A DNA stretch of 64,000 nt from a virus (IMGVR_UViG_3300036793_000060:1-64000), one strand, 5' to 3'; positions 26,124-35,841 are shown, counted from the stretch's first letter. Program-made: numbers and translations. Notes: generated by a model not told the origin, from the letters alone.

Positions 26124-26374
26124 GCGTGCGGAACTTCTGGATCGAGACGCAGGTAGACGGCCACGGCGGGATCCCCGCCACTGGCCCCAAGGCAGCCGAC
26201 GGCGGGTTCACGTCCAAGTTCTGGATCCGCAAGGGCGGCGAGCATGCGGCAGTCCTCCGGCTGGAGGGCATGACCACGCACAACGGAGACGTTGAGCTGT
26301 ACGTGATCCCGTCCGAGGGCACTGAGATCGAGCGCCTGGACCACGGCGGGTTCGTGATCCGCAGCAAGCGCTAG
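26120..26374 (+). CDS. Hypothetical protein
   Basis: ATGA-coupled MSVRNFW. Confidence 0.65.
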   Translation: MSVRNFWIETQVDGHGGIPATGPKAADGGFTSKFWIRKGGEHAAVLRLEGMTTHNGDVELYVIPSEGTEIERLDHGGFVIRSKR

Positions 26375-26485
26375 ACAACTGAGCAGCAGTGCCTCGCAAC
26401 GAGCGACAGCCAGCCGACGCGAGAGGCGCGGATGAAGGGGGTAGGGGCCTGATCAGCCCCGGATCCTGGATCGCGGCGCCGGCAA

Positions 26486-26594
26486 GGGCGTGCAACTGCG
26501 CCGCTGACGTGCTGTAGACCCCAGTACGTTGGCGGCCAGGGACAGGAACCCGCGTGGTCAGCGGGGGCTGGTTCAATTCCAGCCGCGCCCACCA
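26486..26594 (+). ncRNA. tRNA-like RNA (acceptor stem, T arm, encoded CCA; no canonical D or anticodon arm)
   Basis: GGGCGTG/CGCGCCC 7-bp stem, A73 + CCA, GCTGG-TTCAATT-CCAGC; intergenic. Confidence 0.65.
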
Positions 26595-26633
26595 GCCCCG
26601 CAGGGAGCGGGGTGCAGGTGATCGGAGAAGATC

Positions 26634-27095
26634 ATGGCGGTTGACAAGAGGGACATCGAGCACAGGCTCACGCAGCAGGTGCACGCCAGGAACATCAGGG
26701 CGTGGCGCCGGGCGCTGTGGGCCAGCTGGATGGGCGACGGGTACGAGGTCACCCCGTTCGGCGGCGAGTCCCTGGTCCTGAAGCCAGCGGAGGCCTACGC
26801 GCTCCTGGCAGGCATCGAGAGCGCGGTCGCGGCCGAGAAGTCGCGGCAGGATGCCGAGGCCAGGGCCAGGGCCGAGCTTGACGCCGAGCAGGCGGGCAAG
26901 CGCGCGGCCGAGGCCGACGCTGAGAACCTTGCCGTCGAGACGACAGGGTGCCCTACCTGCAAGGCCGAGCCTGGCCAGCGGTGCACCCGCGAGCAGGCCG
27001 ACCCGACCCCGTACGCGGCTCACCCGCACGCTCCCCGGCTGGCAGAGGCCGGGGTCAGGGTCAGGCAGGCCAGGGAGGAAGTGTTCGGACGATGA
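26634..27095 (+). CDS. Hypothetical protein with C-terminal Zn finger
   Basis: CPTCKAEPGQRC...HPHAPRL. Confidence 0.7.
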   Translation: MAVDKRDIEHRLTQQVHARNIRAWRRALWASWMGDGYEVTPFGGESLVLKPAEAYALLAGIESAVAAEKSRQDAEARARAELDAEQAGKRAAEADAENLAVETTGCPTCKAEPGQRCTREQADPTPYAAHPHAPRLAEAGVRVRQAREEVFGR

Positions 27096-27331
27096 TCACC
27101 AGGAGCGAGGCCAGGGCGGACGCGCTGAAGCTGGAGTGCCCGTTCTGCCAGGCGAAGCCCGGCAGCAGGTGCCGCCAGCTCACGTCGCACCTGGCCGGGC
27201 AGATGTGGTCGGACAAGCCGGCCCGCGACGCGCACGTGCAGCGAATGATGCTCGTGCCCGAGTGGGCGGCCCGAGAGAACGAGAGGAAGCACGCTGATGT
27301 GGCACCAGTGGGATCTTCGGCTAGCAGGTTA
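27092..27331 (+). CDS. Zn-finger protein; apparent end at TTA 27329-27331 (formal stop at 27493)
   Basis: CPFCQAKPGSRC...AHVQR; the frame after the junction is a shadow of the next gene. Confidence 0.6.
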
Positions 27332-27482
27332 CGCAGCGCTGGCGATGGTGGTCCTGTGGGGCATCGCGTTCGGCGTGCTGTACGCAGTCGATGCGGCGGC
27401 AACGGTGTCCGTCTGGCCGGTTTTCCCGGCAGGCTGGCTCGTGACGTCCGTGGCATCCTATGTTCGCCTGAGGTGGCGATGA
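27297..27482 (+). CDS. Small membrane protein (2 TM)
   Basis: Two hydrophobic segments. Confidence 0.6.
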   Translation: MWHQWDLRLAGYAALAMVVLWGIAFGVLYAVDAAATVSVWPVFPAGWLVTSVASYVRLRWR

Positions 27483-27722
27483 GTGATGTGTGAAGACCAG
27501 GACCGCAGGATCGCGGACAGCGCGCTGTTCCTGCAGACTAGCTGGTACCTGCCGATGGAGGCCGAGCAGCGGACACACGAGGTGACGTTGCTGCTCCGCG
27601 ACTGGTACGGCAGCGGCAAGCCGGGCACGATCACGGCGTTCGCGCAGGACCGCCAGCCCAGCGGCGAGGACTGGAAGACAGCCCCGTGCCGCGTGCAGCG
27701 ATTGTTCTTCGAGCCGGAGTAA
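27483..27722 (+). CDS. Hypothetical protein, last gene of the rightward operon
   Basis: Followed by the terminator hairpin. Confidence 0.55.
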   Translation: MMCEDQDRRIADSALFLQTSWYLPMEAEQRTHEVTLLLRDWYGSGKPGTITAFAQDRQPSGEDWKTAPCRVQRLFFEPE

Positions 27723-27741
27723 CCGCAGCTCGGGAAAGCAT

Positions 27742-27778
27742 GAAGCCCCCAGGGAGTGCTGATCCTCCTGGGGGCTTC
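27742..27778. terminator. Bidirectional terminator between convergent early and late operons
   Basis: GAAGCCCCCAGG/CCTGGGGGCTTC 12-bp stem. Confidence 0.75.
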
Positions 27779-27811
27779 CTGCTGTCGACAGTTCCCCAAC
27801 TATGACGGCAG

Positions 27812-28072
27812 CTACACTACCGGCCTGCAGCCTGTCATCGGGTCCGCGCCCGGATCCGGGCCGGGAGCCTCCGGCGGCTCGGCCTTCGCCTTCTCCCTGG
27901 CGAACCGCCAGGTGCCGCGCGGGTCGAGCAGGTCAATCACGTGGTCCACGGAGACGTCCGCAGAGCCGCCACGGGACCTTCCCATGGACTGGTAGCCCTC
28001 CAGCCGGCTGCGGACCCTCAGCAGTGTCTCCTCGGCGCTCTCGCCGCCGCTCCTGCGCCGTCCCAGCGGCAT
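27812..28072 (-). CDS. Hypothetical protein
   Basis: ATG 2 nt after the endolysin stop. Confidence 0.5.
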   Translation of the reverse strand: MPLGRRRSGGESAEETLLRVRSRLEGYQSMGRSRGGSADVSVDHVIDLLDPRGTWRFAREKAKAEPPEAPGPDPGADPMTGCRPVV

Positions 28073-28074
28073 GG

Positions 28075-28668
28075 CTACCCGCGCTCCTTGACGTACGTCC
28101 CCAGGGTCGCCAGCGCCGCGTCCGCCGCCGCCGCCGTGACGGCCGGCGGCTTGACGATCGCCGGGGCCTGGGGCAGCCAGATGTTCGGGTTGTAGATCAG
28201 CGACTCGTCCCAGTTGCCGCCGGTCTGCTTGGCGCCCTTCCACTGGCAGGCCACGATGCCGTCCCCGCCCTGGTGGGGGTACTCCTTGCCGCTGAGCGTG
28301 GCGATCCAGAGGCCGTAGTGCTTGCCCCTCACCAGGCCTCGCGCGCTGCACGCGGTGACCACGGCGTCTAGCGTCGACCCGTTGCAGTAGATGACGGGCA
28401 GGCCCGTGTGCAGGACATGCCAGCTCTCCACCCACAGGGCCGCCTTGGCGGGCGTGGCGTCGCCTGTCTCGACGTCGATGATCCCCGCGATGTTGGCGTT
28501 GTCCCCCGTGACGTCGATGCGCCCCAGCCCGTACCTGGTCGGCGAGAACCTCGCGTGCACCGCGTCCAGCGACACCGCGTACAGCCCGTTGCAGTAAGTG
28601 AACGCGACCTGCACCGACGTCGGTATGTCGGCCAGGGTGATGCTGTCTCCGCCGGTCCTGACTGCCAT
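28075..28668 (-). CDS. Endolysin candidate, GH25-like muramidase
   Basis: IIDVETGD, PVIYCN.ST, LWIA, ACQW, WDES resemble the GH25 barrel; located at the end of the tail operon. Confidence 0.65.
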   Translation of the reverse strand: MAVRTGGDSITLADIPTSVQVAFTYCNGLYAVSLDAVHARFSPTRYGLGRIDVTGDNANIAGIIDVETGDATPAKAALWVESWHVLHTGLPVIYCNGSTLDAVVTACSARGLVRGKHYGLWIATLSGKEYPHQGGDGIVACQWKGAKQTGGNWDESLIYNPNIWLPQAPAIVKPPAVTAAAADAALATLGTYVKERG

Positions 28669-28707
28669 GCTCGTCTCCTTCTGCCTGCCCCTGCGGCCAG
28701 GCTACCG

Positions 28708-30405
28708 TCACGAGTCCAGCGGGTAGCGGGACTGGAAGGACATCGCGGCCCCCACAGTCAGCGCGCCGTACACCTTGATGGTTCCCGACCCGTCCACCTG
28801 GGCATAGTGCGAGACCCCCGTGAACGGGCTGGCACCTGTCTCCACGACGATGAGCGGCTCTGTCCGCGCGGGGAAGTACCCGGATGGCACTGCCCCGAGC
28901 GTGGCCGGGTTCGCCGGGGCGACTGACGTGGTCACCCTGCCCCTGATCGCCACGGTGTTGTCCGGCATCAGGCAGACTGAGAGTTCCTCGCCCGAGACGT
29001 TGGTGAAGTTGCCCGTGTTAATCGAGCAGTTGGTGAACGAGTCCGTGGTGATGACCGTCGGCCTGGTCAGGGTGCCATCCGAGGACGTGACGTTCCCGCG
29101 CATCTGGTTGGTCAGCGACGTGATTGACCCGCCCGACGTGCCCACCTGGTAGGACATGGCGCTGATGCTCGACGACCAGCCTGACTGGCTGGTGTTCGCC
29201 CAGACGTTGACGGCCAGCAGGTCGTTCTGCACCGCGAAGTACGTGGCGCCGATGTTCGCGTAGGTGGTGAACCCGGACAGGGCCTCGTTCCCGAAGGGGT
29301 CGGTCACGGACGCCAGCCCTGGCACGACCGACGCCGAGAGGCTGTTCACGCCTGGTACGCCGTTGTAGTAGAACGCTCCCTGAGAGTTAGTGATCCAGTC
29401 AATGCCGAAGATCGTCGGGCTGAACAGGCTGGCGCCCTGGAGCACGGGCACGGACACCACCATGGTGACCGAGCCGCCCGCTATCGTCGACACGCGGAAG
29501 TACGCGCCAGTCGCGCCGGCCGGGACGGTCACCACGCCTGACACGGTGTACGTGCCCGCGCCGCCGGCGGCCAGGGACATGTACACCGCGCCGCCGTCGG
29601 TCTGCAGCGTCACGTAGATCGTGCACGCGATGTTGACCTGCACCGTCGCGCTGACGTAGTACTGCTCGCCCGGTGACACCCACACGGGCGGGGTGGCCGA
29701 CGAGAGCAGCACGAGCTGCGCGCCGCCGGAGGAAGGCTCGCACGTCGCAGTACCGCCGCCGAACGCCCACGTCCCGGTGTTCTGCGCGTCAGCAGCCCGG
29801 CTGGCGTTCAGTGCGGCCTGCGTGAACTGCGGATCCGGGATCATGTTCAGGCCGAAGCTGTTGGCCGCGACGTGCTGGGCGCCGACAGCCTGCGTGAGCG
29901 CGCTTGAGTAGAGGCCCGGCCCGCTGGTGGTGCCTGTCTCGTTGACGGCCACCAGGCAGCAGTAATAGGTCGCCTGGGCCGTCAGCCCGGTCACGTTGAT
30001 GCTCCCCGACGACGGCATCACGCCGACCAGCGTGGCCGAGCCGGGGGTGAACCCAGGCGTCATCGAGACGTGCACCTGGACCATGGCGAAGTCGGAAAGA
30101 GGGGTCGACCCGTCCTGCATGTTGCCGTCCCAGGTGATCATCAGCCCGAGGGACGTGGCGACGAGGAGCGGGATGCTGGGAGGGAGCGGGGTGCTGGCGG
30201 GGTCGCTCGATACCGACGTGTACGTGCCGTCCGGCTGGAGTCCCAGTGACAGCACCTGGTTGCCGCTGCCGTCGTTGATGACCAGCGCGCCGTTCTCGAT
30301 GGCGGCGTTGCCGATGTTGTTGACCCGCTGGTTGCGCTCCAGCTGCGCGATCTTCGCCTGCATGGACGCGATCTCCTGGAGCAGCCCTCCGAGGCTGGCC
30401 GTCAC
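28708..30405 (-). CDS. Minor tail / tail fibre protein
   Basis: N-terminal coiled coil, FN3-like segment, CBM-like region, C-terminal beta-rich tip. Confidence 0.7.
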   Translation of the reverse strand: MTASLGGLLQEIASMQAKIAQLERNQRVNNIGNAAIENGALVINDGSGNQVLSLGLQPDGTYTSVSSDPASTPLPPSIPLLVATSLGLMITWDGNMQDGSTPLSDFAMVQVHVSMTPGFTPGSATLVGVMPSSGSINVTGLTAQATYYCCLVAVNETGTTSGPGLYSSALTQAVGAQHVAANSFGLNMIPDPQFTQAALNASRAADAQNTGTWAFGGGTATCEPSSGGAQLVLLSSATPPVWVSPGEQYYVSATVQVNIACTIYVTLQTDGGAVYMSLAAGGAGTYTVSGVVTVPAGATGAYFRVSTIAGGSVTMVVSVPVLQGASLFSPTIFGIDWITNSQGAFYYNGVPGVNSLSASVVPGLASVTDPFGNEALSGFTTYANIGATYFAVQNDLLAVNVWANTSQSGWSSSISAMSYQVGTSGGSITSLTNQMRGNVTSSDGTLTRPTVITTDSFTNCSINTGNFTNVSGEELSVCLMPDNTVAIRGRVTTSVAPANPATLGAVPSGYFPARTEPLIVVETGASPFTGVSHYAQVDGSGTIKVYGALTVGAAMSFQSRYPLDS

Positions 30406-32387
30406 AGCGTCCCTCCCTGCCCTGTCTCGGCGATGTAGGTGAACGAGTCGGACCTGGCCATGGTGAGCGTCATCAGGTTGGTGGTCGGGTCCTGTGTTAT
30501 CGACGTGATCCGCGACCAGATGAGGGCATTCCGCCAGCTGGTGCAGAGGATCACCGGGATGTCGTCGCCGACGAAGAACGAGCCGAACGGGGCGTTCGGG
30601 TGGTTCTTGACGGTGATCTGCGTGACGGTGTCGATGTTGTGCCTGGCCAGCAGCTGCTTGCGGGCCATGACCGTGATCCGGGCCGTGGTGGTGGCCCCCG
30701 CGTTCGTGTAGATGTACGGCCGGTGCAGCCGGCCGGAGTCCTCGCTGACGTCGGCGCGAACCGTGGTGGTCCCGGACCCGTACCCGAGGCCGATGACCCG
30801 GTCTGCGTACGCGGACCCGTCGCGGGTGGTCGTGGCCGGGGAGACGATGTTCTCTCCCTCGGCGAACCGCAGCTCCGACCGGCGGGCGCCTAGCCGTGGC
30901 ACGCCAGTCGTCCAGGTGTGCGTGACCGCCGTCTTGGCTGGGTCGGCCCACTTGTGGACCTCGCGCCAGTCGAAGACCGCCTCCTGGCGTATCTGCTCGA
31001 TCTCCTGGCCGATGTCGGTGGAGTTGTACCAGTACAGGGAGAACGGGTTGGGTGGCACCACCTGCGTGACCACTGCCCCGGTGACGTACCTGCTCGACAC
31101 TCCCTTCAGCCTTGTCGTCAGGTTCGCGATGTGGCCGACCATGGACGCGATCGTGTACGTGGTCCCCTCGTTGCCCACGCGGATGACCATGCCCTGCTGG
31201 AACTGGTCGGGGTGGCTGATCCACAGCTGGTGGCTGCCCGTTGCCGACGGCTGCCCGAGCCGGTCTGTGACCGGGATGCTGGGCAGCTGCGCGCCGAGCA
31301 GGACCCCGGTGTTCTTAGGGTCGACGACCATTCCTATGTTCGAGTACTGGGACTGCACCCACTGCCACAGGTACCTGATGACGGTCATCGCCTCGCGGAA
31401 CGTGACCGTGTAGTTGGCGCCCTCGTACGTGATGCCCGCCGGGTACCCGGCGAAGCCGGTGAACGTCATCTGCCACGACGGGCCGGTGATGCCGCTGCTG
31501 GTGAGGATCCCGCCCCACTTGAGCTGGCCGTCCTGCTCCAGGTAGCAGGCGTCCCGCCACTCCGCCAGCAGGGGGTTGCCTGTGGGGTCCATCATGTCCG
31601 GGCGAGGGGGCGACAGCGTGCAGGTGAACGAGTCGGCCGCGTTCAGGTTCCAGGTGACCGACGGCTGGGTGATGCCCTGCACGTTGCGGTGCAGCCACTG
31701 GCCGGTGACCAGGTTCTGCACGTGCATGACCGGCATTACCTGCTTCACGAACACGGCGGGCGATGGCGCCGTGGACAGCGGCGCCTGGAAGGTGACATTG
31801 ACCTGCGTCGTCCAGATGCTGTTGCTCAGCGCGTCCGGGCCGACCATGGCGATGGCGTAGACGGCCGAGGCCGGCGGGTTGGCCGCGTACGGCAGCTGCA
31901 CCCATGTGGACGGCGGGACGGTGAACGTCGCCGTGGACGTCGAGATGGTGCCGTGGCTGGCGTTCTGCCAGGTGAAGCCGATGGTCGCCAGCCCTGAGAG
32001 CGAGTACACCCAGCAGGTCATCAGGGGGCTGGTGACAGGTATCAGCGTGAACGGGATGCTGCCCTCGATGAACCCGAGGGCTATGCCGTTGTTGGTGAAC
32101 TGGGCCGCGTACTGCTGGGGGCACCCGGACGGCGGCGACCCGCTGACCGCGAAGAACCCATTGACCACCGTCCACCCGGTGCTGAGTCCCCCGGCGAAGC
32201 TCGGATTGGCGTTGACCGGGGCGCCCTGAGCCGGGATCCAGGGCTGCACGAACCGGGTGACGCGCAGCGACTCGGACGCGGCGCTGAAGTCCCTGCCAGA
32301 CGGCAGGGCGGTCAGGGACTGGGTGACCTGCAGCCCAGACGGGTAGTCGGTCGCGCCCGCGCTGTCGCGGAGGGTGATGGCGACCAT
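30402..32387 (-). CDS. Minor tail (baseplate hub/Tal-like) protein with N-terminal CBM-like domain
   Basis: WNLNAADSFTC, WGGIL, RFAEGENI, DRVIGLGYG; GDDI.V; position after Dit. Confidence 0.7.
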   Translation of the reverse strand: MVAITLRDSAGATDYPSGLQVTQSLTALPSGRDFSAASESLRVTRFVQPWIPAQGAPVNANPSFAGGLSTGWTVVNGFFAVSGSPPSGCPQQYAAQFTNNGIALGFIEGSIPFTLIPVTSPLMTCWVYSLSGLATIGFTWQNASHGTISTSTATFTVPPSTWVQLPYAANPPASAVYAIAMVGPDALSNSIWTTQVNVTFQAPLSTAPSPAVFVKQVMPVMHVQNLVTGQWLHRNVQGITQPSVTWNLNAADSFTCTLSPPRPDMMDPTGNPLLAEWRDACYLEQDGQLKWGGILTSSGITGPSWQMTFTGFAGYPAGITYEGANYTVTFREAMTVIRYLWQWVQSQYSNIGMVVDPKNTGVLLGAQLPSIPVTDRLGQPSATGSHQLWISHPDQFQQGMVIRVGNEGTTYTIASMVGHIANLTTRLKGVSSRYVTGAVVTQVVPPNPFSLYWYNSTDIGQEIEQIRQEAVFDWREVHKWADPAKTAVTHTWTTGVPRLGARRSELRFAEGENIVSPATTTRDGSAYADRVIGLGYGSGTTTVRADVSEDSGRLHRPYIYTNAGATTTARITVMARKQLLARHNIDTVTQITVKNHPNAPFGSFFVGDDIPVILCTSWRNALIWSRITSITQDPTTNLMTLTMARSDSFTYIAETGQGGTL

Positions 32388-34585
32388 CAGTAGGCGGTGA
32401 GCTGCCCGATGAACCTGACCGGCACCTCGGTGCCGCCGGTCAGCTTGGACCACACGTCGTAGGTGACCCCCGCCGTCAGGGTCGTCACCCCTCCGGTAGG
32501 CCCGACCAGGAACTGGGCGATGTTGCCTGTGCCGAGCGTCGAGTCGTCCAGCCACGCCCCGGTGTACCAGGTGACCGGCTCCGCCGGCTGGCGGATGTTT
32601 CCGCTGGACACGGGCAGCGCGACCTGCGGCGTCAGCTCCGCCTCCCCTGTAGTCTGCCCGGTCGGGTCATAGCTGGTGCTGCCCAGCCTGCCTGACCACA
32701 GCACGTTGACGTCCTCCAGCGATAGCGCCGCAACTGGCTCGAAGTTCATCAGTATCGCGATCCTGTCACCTTGTAGGGCGATTGGCACTGCACTCCATCT
32801 CGGCGGCCCTGCCACGGCTCCCAGCCGTGGGGGCATGTCTGCTGCCTGCCACCGTCCTGCCTGCGCCACGGTGGTCCACCGTGGGGGCAGTGCGGCTGCC
32901 TGCCAGCGGGGTGGTGCCGGCGTCGCCCAGTACATCGGCTGCGGACCCGTTGGCGCAGGTACTCCAAGTATTACGTCTGCCGCGCCCGCCACGTCACCCC
33001 AGGCGGCCGAGACTGCCTGTGACGTGCCGTCTGCCGCGCCCGCCAGCTCCGCCAGCCCGACCCCGATCGCGGGCACAGCTGCCGCGTCAGCGGCCCCGGC
33101 CACGTCTGAGGGAGCGACCGACGCCGATACGGACAGGTGCTCCGCCGCGCCTGCCACGTCGGGCACCGGCAGGCTGGCAGCGACCGCAGGGGAGTCGGCC
33201 GCGCCCGCCACGTCGGCTGCCGATGATGTCACGGCCTCCGAGATCTTGTCGGCCGCGCCTGCGACGTCAGCGCCGGACGCTGTCACTGCCTCCGTGACCG
33301 CGTCGGCCGCGCCCGCTGCGTCGGGCAGGGACGGTGTGCCCGCGCCGGACACCGCGAGGGCGTCCGATGCCCCGGCGACGTCGGCTGCGCCGGACGTGAC
33401 CGCCTCCGACAGCGCCTCTGCGGCGCCCGCCACGTCGGGCAGCGCCGCGCCGACCGAGTGCGCGAGCACGTCGGCAGCGCCCGCCACGTCGGCTGCCCCG
33501 GCCGTGGCCGACACGCTGGCGGCGTCGGCGGCCCCGGCGACGTCGGCGAGCGGGCCTGCCTCCGCCTCGGCCGGCGCCCCCTCAACGGCGGCGCCCACGT
33601 CGGACAGGGTGATCGGCACGCCGGACGCGGCGCTCTCCACTGCGCCCGCGACGTCTGCGAGGGGAAGGGCCGCCGACGCGGCTGCTGCCTCGGTGGCTGC
33701 CCCCGTGTCGGCCAGGGCTGCGGTCGCGGCTGCCTGGCTGGATTCCTGCGCCCCGGCCACGTCCGCCAGCGGCGCCAGGACGGCCTGTGAGCCGCTGTCG
33801 GCCGCGCCGGCAGAATCACCCAGGGACAGCGTGACCGTGTCCGGCAGGCCCTCCACTGCCCCGGCCACGTCCCCTTGCGTGACTGCGGCGGAAACCTGCT
33901 GCGCGAGCGGGTCCGTATCCTCGGCCGCCGCGACGTCGGACAGCGTGATGAGCGTGGGCGCGGTGCTGGCCGCCGGGGGCACCTGCTGCTGGACCCGGTG
34001 GTGCCTGCGGCGGAACCTCAGGCTGCCGGGCTGCTCGGGCGAGGGTGGTGGAGCGGATCCGAACGTGACCTCGGCGTCGAGCAGCCAGTTCAGGCTCTGG
34101 CCGTTGTACGTCGCGGGGAATGCCACTGCGCCTGTGTTGAACGGCGCATTGTTGTTAGCCGGCGTAGCCTGCGGGGCTGTGATGTTCCCGTCAGCGCTGA
34201 CCGACGGGAACCACGCGGCGGGGGTGCTGCCCGTGAACAGGTACGCCTGGCTGGTGAGCGTCCCCGCCGTGTAGTAGAACGCCATGTACCCGGCTCCGCC
34301 GGGCAGCGCTGTCGGGGTGACGGCGGCACGCACCCACCCGGACCCGGCGGCCCCCGACCATGACGGCGATGCGTTCGTGACCAGCAGCGCGGATCCGGTG
34401 TACGCGTAGCAGCCGACCTGGCTGGGGAGGCTGGTTGACCCTGAGGGGGAGTAGAACCAGATCGCCTGGAGGGTTCCGGCCTGCGCCACGGTGAAGTACA
34501 GGCCGTACAGGGTGTTCGACTCGGTGGTGGTCGTGTACCCGGTGACGCCGGTCGGGCTGGCCTGCGCCCAGATGGTGGTGGCCAC
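32387..34585 (-). CDS. Repeat-rich tail-associated protein (DUF4082-like N-terminus, DVAGAAD repeats, fused C-terminal domain)
   Basis: YGLYFTV..AG.L.AIWFY...SGWV N-terminus; 18 repeat cores counted. Confidence 0.75.
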   Translation of the reverse strand: MATTIWAQASPTGVTGYTTTTESNTLYGLYFTVAQAGTLQAIWFYSPSGSTSLPSQVGCYAYTGSALLVTNASPSWSGAAGSGWVRAAVTPTALPGGAGYMAFYYTAGTLTSQAYLFTGSTPAAWFPSVSADGNITAPQATPANNNAPFNTGAVAFPATYNGQSLNWLLDAEVTFGSAPPPSPEQPGSLRFRRRHHRVQQQVPPAASTAPTLITLSDVAAAEDTDPLAQQVSAAVTQGDVAGAVEGLPDTVTLSLGDSAGAADSGSQAVLAPLADVAGAQESSQAAATAALADTGAATEAAAASAALPLADVAGAVESAASGVPITLSDVGAAVEGAPAEAEAGPLADVAGAADAASVSATAGAADVAGAADVLAHSVGAALPDVAGAAEALSEAVTSGAADVAGASDALAVSGAGTPSLPDAAGAADAVTEAVTASGADVAGAADKISEAVTSSAADVAGAADSPAVAASLPVPDVAGAAEHLSVSASVAPSDVAGAADAAAVPAIGVGLAELAGAADGTSQAVSAAWGDVAGAADVILGVPAPTGPQPMYWATPAPPRWQAAALPPRWTTVAQAGRWQAADMPPRLGAVAGPPRWSAVPIALQGDRIAILMNFEPVAALSLEDVNVLWSGRLGSTSYDPTGQTTGEAELTPQVALPVSSGNIRQPAEPVTWYTGAWLDDSTLGTGNIAQFLVGPTGGVTTLTAGVTYDVWSKLTGGTEVPVRFIGQLTAY
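32985..33945 (-). repeat. Coding tandem repeat, ~18-aa period, core D[VA]AGA[AV][DE]
   Basis: 18 copies counted in the translation. Confidence 0.8.
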
Positions 34586-34602
34586 CAGTCACGCTCCCGG
34601 CG

Positions 34603-35184
34603 TCAGTTCTCCAGGTAGATTTTCAGCCCTTGCAGGCTGATCGAGTTGGACGCGCTCGACGTGCCGCAGGCAGCGGACAGCCACAGGTAGTAGCTAGTGG
34701 CCCCCGTGGTGTCCAGGGTCGAGTTGACGCTGGAGGTGCCGGTCGCCGGGATGGTGCCCCCTGCCGGGAATGCCAGCCCTCCTATGGCCCCCATCGCAGA
34801 GATTGACGACGTGGCCGCTCCTGCTGCGATAGACCTCAGGATCGCGTCAGTGTCCAGCTGCCACCAGGCAGTAGTCACCGTGGACCCGGCGGTCATGGCA
34901 TTCGATGACCCGAGTAGCAGCCCTCCGGCAGACCATGTCGTGGCTGACGAGAGCAGCCGGATCGACAGTGTGAACGTCGGAGTGGCGGTCGAGCTGACAC
35001 TTCCGTACGCCTTTACCTTCAGGGCAGACGACAGGTTTCCCAGCTTGCTGAAGAACGTCGCCGGAATCTGGGGAACCGGGTAGCCGCCCATCAGGCTGGC
35101 CTCGGTAGTGAAGGTAGACAGGGCCGTCCCGGCGGCGCTGTACGAGTAGTACAGCTCCGGCTGGGTCAGCGTGTAGCCGCTCAC
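34603..35184 (-). CDS. Virion-associated hypothetical protein
   Basis: Thr/Ser/Ala-rich beta protein in the tail operon. Confidence 0.65.
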   Translation of the reverse strand: MSGYTLTQPELYYSYSAAGTALSTFTTEASLMGGYPVPQIPATFFSKLGNLSSALKVKAYGSVSSTATPTFTLSIRLLSSATTWSAGGLLLGSSNAMTAGSTVTTAWWQLDTDAILRSIAAGAATSSISAMGAIGGLAFPAGGTIPATGTSSVNSTLDTTGATSYYLWLSAACGTSSASNSISLQGLKIYLEN

Positions 35185-35185
35185 G

Positions 35186-35827
35186 CTAGACGACCGTGTT
35201 CGCGGCGCTCGGGTACCCGAACTGGATCGTCTCTGTGGCGGTCCACGTCTGGCCGGCGACCTTGGTGCCCTGGTTGGAGATGCCGTGGTTGAAGAAGATC
35301 GTGGTGCCGCCCAGCCCGTTGAGCTGCACGCCGTCGGCGGTGTAGTTGTCGGTGCCGAACTCGGCCCAGGCGAAGTTGGCCACCGCCGTGCCGAACGTCG
35401 CGGTGAACGTCAGCGTGGGGGGCGAGCTGGTGGTGGCGATGGCCGGAGCGCCGGAGACCAGCTTGTAGTAGGAGGTCGTCGAGGAGACCCCCGTGTCGCC
35501 GCCCAGCCAGGTGTCCGCGTAGGTGGCCGCCGTGTTGACCGTGCCGACGCCGATCCGCCCGGCCGTGCCGCTGAACTTGGTGGTGATCGATGTGCCCGCG
35601 ACGCCGCCGAGCAGGGCGATCCAGCCGTTCTTGACCACCAGGTTGCAGTCGTGGTCGGTGAAGTCGCTGTACGGGCGCACGCCAAGCCGCTCGAACGTGG
35701 CTGCCCCGATGGTGACAGCGCGGGGAAGCCTGCTGCCGCTGGTCAGCCTGCGGTACGCCCAGCGGGTCTGGTCCTCATCCCACTTCTGGACCCGGAAGTC
35801 GGTCTTGACGATCGCGCTATCCCACAA
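35186..35827 (-). CDS. Minor tail protein
   Basis: TTG start with AGGAGG RBS; RIGVGT...A...DT.L, ANFAWAEFG, K..GQTW. Confidence 0.7.
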   Translation of the reverse strand: MWDSAIVKTDFRVQKWDEDQTRWAYRRLTSGSRLPRAVTIGAATFERLGVRPYSDFTDHDCNLVVKNGWIALLGGVAGTSITTKFSGTAGRIGVGTVNTAATYADTWLGGDTGVSSTTSYYKLVSGAPAIATTSSPPTLTFTATFGTAVANFAWAEFGTDNYTADGVQLNGLGGTTIFFNHGISNQGTKVAGQTWTATETIQFGYPSAANTVV

Positions 35828-35841
35828 TTGTTTTCGCCCTC

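Noticed and set aside
26486-26594. Canonical tRNA (Val GAC, Tyr GTA or Thr GGT) or an attP tRNA fragment
   Set aside because: No D arm and no YU-NNN-R loop on a valid stem. The 5' acceptor strand is present and there is no integrase nearby.
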